In this document: one piece after another, positions 56,144-64,000 of the stretch
Layout: every line of letters begins with the position of its first letter
How positions within the stretch are numbered: position 1 is the first letter of the stretch
From: Phycisphaerae bacterium
GTDB taxonomy: Bacteria; Planctomycetota; Phycisphaerae; UBA1845; Fen-1342
Direction of reading: 5' to 3'
Assembly (NCBI GenBank): GCA_050115495.1
Contig: JASFQK010000006.1
Span: 96,001 to 160,000 of the forward strand
DNA: 64,000 bases
Program-made: the position numbers and the translations under genes
The notes under the pieces: model-generated
Told to the model about the DNA's origin: nothing
The model's input: the letters and a program-made list of their open reading frames with translations, nothing else
The model's database searches: none

Positions 56144-57613
56144 ATGCGGGCCATGGATGCTGCAAATCACGCCAACGAGCCGCCGTCATCTCTCCGCGGC
56201 TTGCCGTCGGTAGACCATCTCCTGAAGCAGCCCACCGTGGCCAGCCTGCTTACCGAGCATCCGCGGGGGGAAGTCGTGGCGGCCATCCGCACCGTGCTGG
56301 ACCACCAGCGCGAGGTGATCCGCGGCGGGCAGACCGGACCGCCGAACGTGACCGGCCTGGCCCTGGAGATCCGGGAGGCGCTGTACCAGCGGTCGGTGCC
56401 GCATCTACGGCGGGTGATCAACGCCACGGGGATCGTGCTGCACACGGGGTTGGGGCGGGCACCGCTGGCACCGGAGGCGATTGAGGCGATCGCCGAAGTG
56501 TCGGCCGATTACTGCAACCTCGAGCTGAACCTGGAGACGGGGCACCGCGGCGACCGTTACGACCACGCCCGCGATCTGCTGCGCGAGCTGACCGGGGCCG
56601 AGGACGCCCTGGTGGTGAACAACAACGCCGCCGGCACGTACCTGGCCCTGAACACGCTGGCCGCCGGGCGCGAGGTGGTCGTGGCCCGCGGGCAGTTGGT
56701 GGAGATCGGCGGCTCGTACCGCATGCCGGACATCATGGCCGCCGCCGGCTGCCGGATGATCGAGGTGGGCACCACCAACCGCAACCGCATCGGCGACTAC
56801 GAGCGGGCGATCTCGGAAGAGACCGCCGCCCTGCTGCACGTCCATACGAGCAACTACCGCGTGATGGGCTTCACGGCGAGCGCATCGCTGGCGGAGTTGG
56901 TCGAGCTGGGGCACTCCCGCGGGCTGTCGGTGGTCAACGATCTGGGCAGCGGCCTGCTCGACAGGAACCTGGTGCAACTGCAACCCGAGGCGGACGGGGC
57001 GGCTCCGGCGCTGCCTGACTGGGATGAGCCGTCGGTGCGTGAGAGCGTCGCCGCCGGCGCGGATCTGACGCTGTTCAGCGGCGACAAACTGCTCGGCGGG
57101 CCGCAGGCGGGGGTGATCGTGGGGCGAGCGGAGCTGGTCGCCCGGCTGCGGAAGAACCCGCTGGCCCGCACGTTCCGCACAGACAAGATGACGCTCGCCG
57201 GGTTGGAGGCGACACTGCGGCTATACCGTGACCCGGCGTCGCTGTGTCGGCGGGTGCCGGTGCTGCGGCGGCTAACCGTGAGCCTGGACGAGCTGAAGGC
57301 CGCCGGCCGCAGTCTCGCCGACCGCATCGCGCAATATCTGCCGGCGGCGACGGTGACGTGCGAACTGGACGAATCGCTGGCGGGTGGCGGTTCCCTGCCG
57401 CTGACGCCGTTTCAGACGTGCGTGGTCGTGGTGCGCCCGCCGGAGCTGGACGCGGCCCGCGTGGCGGCGGCCCTGCGTGACCGGGCCGTGCCGATCATCT
57501 GCCGCGTGCGGGATGCGGCGCTGGTGTTCGACTGCCGCACGCTGGCGGCGGACGATGCCGAGCTCATCGCCGGCGCGCTGGCGGAAGTGGCGCGCGATCT
57601 CGCCGAAGCCTGA
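56144..57613 (+). CDS. selA: L-seryl-tRNA(Sec) selenium transferase
   Basis: VINATG.VLHTGLGRA, VNNNAA, RGQLVEIGGS.R, EVGTTN, DLGSG, FSGDKLLGGPQAG (PLP Lys). Confidence 0.96.
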   Translation: MRAMDAANHANEPPSSLRGLPSVDHLLKQPTVASLLTEHPRGEVVAAIRTVLDHQREVIRGGQTGPPNVTGLALEIREALYQRSVPHLRRVINATGIVLHTGLGRAPLAPEAIEAIAEVSADYCNLELNLETGHRGDRYDHARDLLRELTGAEDALVVNNNAAGTYLALNTLAAGREVVVARGQLVEIGGSYRMPDIMAAAGCRMIEVGTTNRNRIGDYERAISEETAALLHVHTSNYRVMGFTASASLAELVELGHSRGLSVVNDLGSGLLDRNLVQLQPEADGAAPALPDWDEPSVRESVAAGADLTLFSGDKLLGGPQAGVIVGRAELVARLRKNPLARTFRTDKMTLAGLEATLRLYRDPASLCRRVPVLRRLTVSLDELKAAGRSLADRIAQYLPAATVTCELDESLAGGGSLPLTPFQTCVVVVRPPELDAARVAAALRDRAVPIICRVRDAALVFDCRTLAADDAELIAGALAEVARDLAEA

Positions 57614-57647
57614 CCGGCGCGGCCGGCTTCGGCGGTGGGAGGCGTAG

Positions 57648-59528
57648 ATGTCAACGAAGCCGTTTCGCTATCCGCTATGGGCCTGCGGCGACCTGGACGG
57701 GTTCTTCGGCCTGATGGTCGACAACTTGGTGCAGGTGCTGCTCATCATCGACCTGTGCAAGTACCTGTGCGGCCTGCCCGACATGCTCATCTACGAGCGC
57801 ATCCTGCCGGGCGTCGGCATCAGCCTCATCATCGGGAACATCTTCTACGGGCTCCAGGCGCAGTACGTGGCCCGCAAGCATCGGCGCCCCGACACCACGG
57901 CCCTGCCTTACGGCATCAACACGCCCTCGGTTATCGCCTACGCGTACTTCATCATGGCCCCCGTCTACAAGGCGACCGGCGACGGCAACCTGGCGTGGAT
58001 GGCCGGACTGCTGGCCTGCCTGGTCAGCGGTGTGATCGAGTTCCTGGGCGCTTTCGTCGCCGAGCGGCTGCGCCGCATCACACCGCGCGCGGCACTGCTG
58101 GGCGTGCTGGCCGCAGTGGGCATCGCCTTCATCGCGGCGGACTTCGCCTTCCGCATCTACACGCGGCCGCTGGTTGGCCTGCTCCCGCTGGCCGTCTTGC
58201 TGCTGGCGTACTTCGCCCGCTACCGGTTCCCCCTGCGTCTGCCGGGCGGATTCCTCGCGGTGATCCTCGGCAGCCTGATCGCCTGGGGAACGACGCTGTT
58301 CGGCGGGGACTGGTTCGGCAGCGTGACGATGTCGACGCAGGCTCTGGGTGATGCGCTCGGCCGCGACGCCGCCAGCGGGGCGATCAACTTCGCCAACGTG
58401 CACTGGATCCAACCGGCGTTCGTCGGACAGCAGATCTGGCAGCTACTGGTGGACAATCCCAACCTCGTGCTGCTCTATCTCACCGTCTCCGTCCCGATGG
58501 GCGTCATCAACGTCATCGGCTCGCTCCAGAACATCGAGTCGGCGGAAGCGGGCGGCGATCGCTTCGCCACGGGCCCGTCGCTCGCCGTGAACGGACTGGG
58601 CTCCATCGCCGCCGGCCTGTTCGGCTCCTGCTTCCCGACGACGATCTACATCGGGCACCCGGGATGGAAGGCGCTGGGCGCGAAGTCGGGCTACTCGATC
58701 GTGAACGGGCTCTTCTTCACGGTGGTTTTCCTGTTTGGTCTCGGGCCGTTCCTGCGAGCGCTGATCCCCATCGAGGCCGGCGCCGCGATCGTCATGTACA
58801 TCGGCATCATCATCACGGCCCAGGCCTTCCAGGCCACGCCGCGGTCGCACGCCCCCGCGGTCGCAATCGCCCTCTTCCCGGGGATGGCGGCGATCATTGT
58901 GGTCACGCTCGGGCTGTACTTCGACTACCCCGGTGTGGGCGTCAACCTGGTGGACATCCTCCAGAATCCGACGCCGACAACCATGTATTTGCCCGGTCTG
59001 CTCACGTTAGCCGGGGCAAACTCGGGGTGGATCGTCGTGACACTGCTCCTTACGGCCACCGGCGCCGCGCTCATCGACCGGAAGTACCGGGCGGCGACGG
59101 CCTGGGCGGCGGTGGCCACCGTGCTCACGTTGCTGGGCGCGCTGCACGCCTACCGGCTCGAATATCACGATGGACGGAACATCGTCCGCGAGTACTTCGC
59201 CTGGCAGCAGGTCGACGCCCCACACCTGCAAGCGCCACCGACCTCGGCACCGGCCGACTCGTCCGACACACCCACCGCGGCGGCGGACGCCGGGCCGCAG
59301 GTCGCCTACCGCGCTTACCCCATCGCCATCGGCTACGGCCTGGCCACGATCGTGTTCGCCCTCGCAGCCATGCGCCGACGAGCGTACGACGAGCCGGTAA
59401 GTGAAGTGCCGGATGCCGGCGGTGGACTGGGACCGGAGCTGACGCTGCAAGCGCTGGATCGACCGGTCGAGGACCTGCCGCCCATTCCGCTGGTGGGCGA
59501 CGAACCGGAAACACGAGAAAATGAATAG
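57648..59528 (+). CDS. NCS2/AzgA-like nucleobase permease
   Basis: GD.DGFFGL..DNL, TALPYG.NTP, NIESA...GD, PTTIYIGHPGWK..GA..GYS; many TM helices; adjacent to ade. Confidence 0.85.
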   Translation: MSTKPFRYPLWACGDLDGFFGLMVDNLVQVLLIIDLCKYLCGLPDMLIYERILPGVGISLIIGNIFYGLQAQYVARKHRRPDTTALPYGINTPSVIAYAYFIMAPVYKATGDGNLAWMAGLLACLVSGVIEFLGAFVAERLRRITPRAALLGVLAAVGIAFIAADFAFRIYTRPLVGLLPLAVLLLAYFARYRFPLRLPGGFLAVILGSLIAWGTTLFGGDWFGSVTMSTQALGDALGRDAASGAINFANVHWIQPAFVGQQIWQLLVDNPNLVLLYLTVSVPMGVINVIGSLQNIESAEAGGDRFATGPSLAVNGLGSIAAGLFGSCFPTTIYIGHPGWKALGAKSGYSIVNGLFFTVVFLFGLGPFLRALIPIEAGAAIVMYIGIIITAQAFQATPRSHAPAVAIALFPGMAAIIVVTLGLYFDYPGVGVNLVDILQNPTPTTMYLPGLLTLAGANSGWIVVTLLLTATGAALIDRKYRAATAWAAVATVLTLLGALHAYRLEYHDGRNIVREYFAWQQVDAPHLQAPPTSAPADSSDTPTAAADAGPQVAYRAYPIAIGYGLATIVFALAAMRRRAYDEPVSEVPDAGGGLGPELTLQALDRPVEDLPPIPLVGDEPETRENE

Positions 59529-59558
59529 AGGGCTGAGCCGCGCGCGCTGGAGAGCAAC

Positions 59559-61280
59559 ATGGACCTGAAAGCCCACGTGGACATCGCCGCCGGACGCCGG
59601 CCGGCCGACCTCGTGTTGAAGAACGGCCGGATCGTGAACGTGCTGTCGTGCGAGATTCACGAGGCGGACGTGGCCATTTCCGGCGATCGCATCGTCGGAC
59701 TGGGCACGTATAGCGGCCGGGAAGAGGTGGACCTGCACGGGCAGTACGTCTGCCCCGGCTTCATCGACGGGCACATCCACATCGAGTCGTCGCTGCTGAG
59801 CGTGCCGGAATTCGCGAAGCTGGTCGCCACGCACGGCACGAGCGCCGTCATCGCCGACCCGCACGAGATCGCCAACGTGATCGGCACCGAGGGCATCCGC
59901 TTCATGCTCTCATCGAGCAAGTACTGCCCAATCTACGTGTACATGATGGTCAGCTCGTGCGTGCCGGCGTCGGAGTTCGAGAGCAGCGGCGCCGACCTGG
60001 GCGCCCTCGATATCCTGCCACTGCTGAGCGACCGCTGGGTGCTCGGGCTCGCGGAGATGATGGACCATCGCGGCGTCGTCGCCGGCGACGAAGACTGCCT
60101 CGCCAAGTTGAAAGTGGCCGAGGGGCGGCTAATCGACGGGCACGCCCCGGGTCTGAGCGGGCGCGACCTCTGCGCGTACGTCGCCGCCGGCGTCGGCAGC
60201 GACCACGAATGCACGACGGCCGAGGAGGCGCGGGAGAAGCTGCGGCTCGGCATGCACATCATGATCCGCCAGGGCAGCCAGGCCCACGACCTCAAGGCCC
60301 TGCTGCCGCTCGTGCAGCCGGACACGCTCGACCGCTTCATGTTCGTCACCGACGACAAGGACGTCGAGGACCTGCTGGCCGACGGGCACATGGACAGCAT
60401 CATCCGGCTGGCGATCAAGCAGGGCATGAACCCGGTGCATGCCATCAAGCTGGCCACGCTGAACCCGGCCCGCTACTTCGGTCTCGACGACCTCGGCGCG
60501 GTGGCCCCGGGCCGGCAGGCCTGCCTCGCGGTGCTGGATGATCTCGAGCACTGCCGCGTGACGCGCTGCTATCACGCCGGCCGGCTGGTCGCCACCGATG
60601 GCCAGGCCGCCGAGCTGGACCAGGGCCCGCGCCGGCGGCACATCCTGCGCAGCGCGATGAACGTGCACTGGCTCGAACCCGGGCAATTCGCGATTCACGC
60701 ACCGCACAACGGCGAGTGCGAAGTGAACGTGATCGAGGTCGCCGAGGGAAGGCTCGAAACGGGCTGGGCGCGCGAGCGGCTGCGCAGCGTCGGCGGCCAA
60801 CTTCCCGCCGACCCCAAGCGCGATCTGTGCAAGGTGGCCGTGATCGAGCGGCACCAGGCCAGCGGGCGCGTCGGGCTGGGTTTCGTCCGCGGACTGGGTC
60901 TGACCGGCGGCGCCCTGGCCTCATCGGTCGGGCACGACTCGCACAACCTGCTCGTGGCCGGCACGAACGATGCGGACCTGTTCACCGCCGCCGTGCAGGT
61001 GGTGAAGATGCGCGGAGGCTTCTGCGTGGTGCGCGACGGGCAGGTGCTGGCTGAAGTGCCGCTGCCCATCGCCGGCCTGATGAGCGAAGCCAGCGCCGAG
61101 ACGCTCAGCGAGCAGTTGCACGCCCTGCACGAAGCGGCCCACACGCTCGACGTCGCCCTGCGCCGACCGTTCATGGCCCTGTCGTTCCTGAGCCTCTCGG
61201 TCATCGGCGCGCTGAAGCTCACCGACCGCGGCCTGGTCGACGTAAGCCGCGCCGCCTTGATCGACGTCGTGGCATCCTGA
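59559..61280 (+). CDS. ade: Adenine deaminase
   Basis: PGFIDGHIHIESS, DPHEIANV, DGHAP, SDHEC, TDD, HDSHN, LPIAGLMS. Confidence 0.96.
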   Translation: MDLKAHVDIAAGRRPADLVLKNGRIVNVLSCEIHEADVAISGDRIVGLGTYSGREEVDLHGQYVCPGFIDGHIHIESSLLSVPEFAKLVATHGTSAVIADPHEIANVIGTEGIRFMLSSSKYCPIYVYMMVSSCVPASEFESSGADLGALDILPLLSDRWVLGLAEMMDHRGVVAGDEDCLAKLKVAEGRLIDGHAPGLSGRDLCAYVAAGVGSDHECTTAEEAREKLRLGMHIMIRQGSQAHDLKALLPLVQPDTLDRFMFVTDDKDVEDLLADGHMDSIIRLAIKQGMNPVHAIKLATLNPARYFGLDDLGAVAPGRQACLAVLDDLEHCRVTRCYHAGRLVATDGQAAELDQGPRRRHILRSAMNVHWLEPGQFAIHAPHNGECEVNVIEVAEGRLETGWARERLRSVGGQLPADPKRDLCKVAVIERHQASGRVGLGFVRGLGLTGGALASSVGHDSHNLLVAGTNDADLFTAAVQVVKMRGGFCVVRDGQVLAEVPLPIAGLMSEASAETLSEQLHALHEAAHTLDVALRRPFMALSFLSLSVIGALKLTDRGLVDVSRAALIDVVAS

Positions 61281-61290
61281 TTATCAGCGG

Positions 61291-62874
61291 CTAAGGCTGG
61301 GACTGGCGGGCGACCGCCGGCGGGGATACGTGGTAGATGGCCCCGTCGGCCAGCCGCGCGCGGCATTCGAGCGTGAACTGCGCAGCCAGCCGATCGAGCT
61401 CGACTAGGTCGGTGCGATCAGGATCGGTGAACCAGACGAGTTCCGCACCACCCGTCGCGGCGATCCGTTCGGCGAGAGCGGCAAGCGAAGTCGCACTGAC
61501 GTCCCGGCCGGCGGAGCAAGCCACGGGACTGAGAGCCACCGGCCGATCCGTCTGGAGATACACGAACTCAGCGCTGTTGCTGACGAGGGGGTCCCGGTTC
61601 GGCTGACCGCGCAAGTGGGCGATGGTCGCGGATTCCTGCCAGCGCGTCGTGCAATAGCCACCGGCACCTTCGCGCCGGGACGTCCGCACTTTATCCGCCG
61701 CACGATCGCCCATTTCCGCCAGAACAGCGCAGCCAGCGAGCACGGCCAACACGTGAGCGACTCGCACCGCACGGCCCCACCGCCCGTCGGCGATCGCCCG
61801 CCGAGCCAGTTGCGCCGCCGCGTCGATCCCCCACACCGCGAGCAGCACGCCGGGCACGTACAGCGGTGCCAGCAGGCGATGCGACAGCGCATCCGCCGCC
61901 GTCCGGCTCGCCGCAACGACGAGACACCCGGCGTACACGGCCGCAAAACCGAGCACCAGGTACACCGCTCGCGGACCGGCGGAACCGCGCCCGGCACGCC
62001 GGTGCAGCGCCAGCACGCCGACGACGCTCAGCGCCAACACAACCAGCACCGGCGCCGGCGGCAACGTCATCGCCCGGTGCGCCGGCACGAACGCGGCAGC
62101 AAGGAACCGGGCCGCGGTGGTCACGTTGGCGAGCAGCGTGTACTCGCTGGAGGCCCGCGGTCCGGTCAGATGCCCGGTCAACCACCAGTTGCGCGCCAGC
62201 CACAACGCCAGCGGCGTCGCCGTCACTACGCCGAACAAAGCCGCGTTCGCCACGCGCCGGCGGTAGGAAGCGCCCCCGCGAACCAGCAGCATCAGCCCCC
62301 CCACCATGATCAGCGTCACGCCGAAATAACGCGTCAGACACGCCGCCGCCACGAGCAAGGCCGCCCCCAACAGCGTCGACGCTCGCGGGTCCTCGCCGGC
62401 GACGGACAACCGGTACAAGCCGGCGACCGCCAACAGCACAAACAGCGGCTCCGACCAGACGTAACAAGCCACCAGCAGCAGCGGAAACGACAGCAGCGTC
62501 AGCACCGTCGCGAAGAGCCACAACCCGCGCGTCACCGTCGTCCGCCGAACCCAATGGCCTACGAGCGCCACGGTCGCCCCGAACGCCAGGGCGTTCAGCC
62601 AACGCGCACCCACAGCCGGCTCGACGCCGCACATGCCCAGCAATGCCAGCAACCCCGGCAGCATCGGCGGCCAGGCAACGTACCAGCCCCCATACGTACC
62701 AATGAAGCCCTCCCCCGCCCCAACGTGACGAGCGGCGGCGATATACGCGATGGAATCGCTCGTCACCGCCGCCCCGTACCGAGCCGTGGCCAGCAGCACC
62801 AGGCCCGCACCCAGCAGGCCGGCGACAGCAAGACCGGCCGACGCCCAGTGATCGTGTCGGTGGGCGAGACTCAT
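61291..62874 (-). CDS. GT-C (PMT/ArnT-like) membrane glycosyltransferase
   Basis: DS..Y...A, WPP..P, WSEP.F, LTRY.G; multiple TM helices. Confidence 0.75.
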   Translation of the reverse strand: MSLAHRHDHWASAGLAVAGLLGAGLVLLATARYGAAVTSDSIAYIAAARHVGAGEGFIGTYGGWYVAWPPMLPGLLALLGMCGVEPAVGARWLNALAFGATVALVGHWVRRTTVTRGLWLFATVLTLLSFPLLLVACYVWSEPLFVLLAVAGLYRLSVAGEDPRASTLLGAALLVAAACLTRYFGVTLIMVGGLMLLVRGGASYRRRVANAALFGVVTATPLALWLARNWWLTGHLTGPRASSEYTLLANVTTAARFLAAAFVPAHRAMTLPPAPVLVVLALSVVGVLALHRRAGRGSAGPRAVYLVLGFAAVYAGCLVVAASRTAADALSHRLLAPLYVPGVLLAVWGIDAAAQLARRAIADGRWGRAVRVAHVLAVLAGCAVLAEMGDRAADKVRTSRREGAGGYCTTRWQESATIAHLRGQPNRDPLVSNSAEFVYLQTDRPVALSPVACSAGRDVSATSLAALAERIAATGGAELVWFTDPDRTDLVELDRLAAQFTLECRARLADGAIYHVSPPAVARQSQP

Positions 62875-62935
62875 GCTGAGGTTATCGGCGGGTGTGAGGG
62901 GTGGCTGTATCCGCGGGCCGCGCAGTTCCTGCGCG

Positions 62936-63496
62936 TCAGTGTTCCTTGCCCTGGTACTCGCCGGTATCGGTGCTGACCCGGATCCGGTCGCCGGTCTTGA
63001 TGAACAGCGGCACCATCGCCATCCGGCCCGTGTTCAGGCGGGCTTCCTTGAAGACGCTGGCTCCGCCGCCGGCGTGCTCGGGCGGCGCCGTGTCGACGAC
63101 TTCGAGCACCATGGCCGCGGGAAGCTGGAGCGAAACCGGCCGGCCCTCGATGCTGAGAAAGCGATAGGTCTGCTCCTCGACGAGGTACTCGCTGTCGCCG
63201 CCAAGCTGCTCGGTGTCGACGTTGTATTGCTCGTAGTTCTTCAGGTCCATGAAGACGCGTTCGTGGCCGGTGGCGTAGAGGTACTGCATCTCGCGCACCT
63301 CGCTGGCGACCTCGTCGATCTCGCCCAACTGGGCCAGCGTGCGTTCGACCGGACGGCCGTCGCGCAGGGCGCGCAGCTTGACGTGCACGGTGGGTTTCTG
63401 CTTACCGGACTGCGTGACGTGAAAGTCTACAACGCTGAACAGATGCCCCTCGTGCCGAATCACCATCCCCTTGCGGAGCCCGGCAGTCTGCGACAT
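62936..63496 (-). CDS. efp: Elongation factor P (atypical loop residues)
   Basis: LRKGMVI, MQYLY, FMD..NYEQ, K.A.L.TG...VPLFI..GD.I.V.T..GEY. Confidence 0.9.
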   Translation of the reverse strand: MSQTAGLRKGMVIRHEGHLFSVVDFHVTQSGKQKPTVHVKLRALRDGRPVERTLAQLGEIDEVASEVREMQYLYATGHERVFMDLKNYEQYNVDTEQLGGDSEYLVEEQTYRFLSIEGRPVSLQLPAAMVLEVVDTAPPEHAGGGASVFKEARLNTGRMAMVPLFIKTGDRIRVSTDTGEYQGKEH

Positions 63497-63693
63497 GGCG
63501 TCTCTCCGGACAGAAGTGCGCTACACACCTTAAGTGTTGTCCGGCCGCCGTGGCTTGTCCAGGGCATGTAGCGCAAAAAACAACCAGAACCCAAGAGGCG
63601 GGGCGCGCGCCGCCGCCCCCGTGGCGGGGAGGATCGAGCATCACCCGACATCCACCCCGGCCGGAGGCGGCCGGCGGGTGCATTGGACTTGGC

Positions 63694-64000
63694 TTAGTCG
63701 AGGTCGGTCGACACGCCGGCGCCACGCTCGGCGCCGACCAACCCCTTGTGCTCCAGCGTTCTGGCCCGCCATTCGGCACTCTGCGCCGAACGGCCCCAGG
63801 CCTCGTACAACGTGGCGAGGCGGCCGGCGGCAACTTGCGTCTCGTGGAACGTATCGCCGCGCGCGGCCTGCAAGCGCTCGTAGCTGCTGAGCAGGAGCGG
63901 CTCGGCTTCCTCGTGCCGGCCGAGGGCGCTCAGGCATTGCCCGAGGGCGCTCTCGGCGCGGGCCAGCCGCCAGCGGTCCTTGTCGCCCAGCTCCATTCCA
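63694..64000 (-). CDS. C-terminus of a TPR-repeat protein (often Ser/Thr kinase-TPR), partial
   Basis: LG.CL..LGR.EEAEPLL..SY, RLA.LYEAWG; open to the window edge. Confidence 0.7.
   Translation of the reverse strand, partial: GMELGDKDRWRLARAESALGQCLSALGRHEEAEPLLLSSYERLQAARGDTFHETQVAAGRLATLYEAWGRSAQSAEWRARTLEHKGLVGAERGAGVSTDLD

Noticed and set aside
56144..57613. Selenoprotein (in-frame TGA read-through) or tRNA-Sec near selA
   Set aside because: No gene here appears truncated at a TGA aligned to a catalytic Cys; the only internal TGA noticed is the prfB shift site; no selB, selC or selD seen.

Overview
High-GC chromosomal window, most likely from a planctomycete of class Phycisphaerae. This is inferred from dockerin-like 'NNFDIxPFV' C-termini, DCNxNGxxDxC repeats, T-T/S-Q-P linker motifs and a Planctomycetes/Verrucomicrobia-type conserved gene. 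From left to right it holds: (1) an orphan vgrG locus on the minus strand (vgrG, LysM/PG-binding gene, LysM-transglutaminase-like candidate effector, candidate immunity gene, second LysM paralog running off the edge); (2) an ApgM-like gene with a degenerate active site, a sugar acetyltransferase, and a 570-bp gap between convergent genes that folds into a candidate ncRNA; (3) a minus-strand block with two large secreted glycoside-hydrolase-like proteins, a GT-like protein, AI-2E, RicT/YaaT and DinB; (4) folP-dapA-rarA-5-FTHF cyclo-ligase-nadB, where FolP carries the Sul-type sulfonamide-insensitivity signature; (5) secreted repeat proteins, an ABC exporter, a dockerin protein and an S8 protease; (6) a 12.4-kb, tightly coupled array of eight secreted amidohydrolase-fold genes (nine domains), of which only one retains the full metal-binding site, which is the best candidate for an undescribed system; (7) hisN, PadR plus a HAAS-STN partner, metK, prfB with its +1 frameshift, dtd, selA, purine permease-ade, a GT-C, an atypical efp and a partial TPR protein. 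No rRNA, tRNA, CRISPR array or transposase was recognised. All calls come from motif recognition by eye; no database searches were run.
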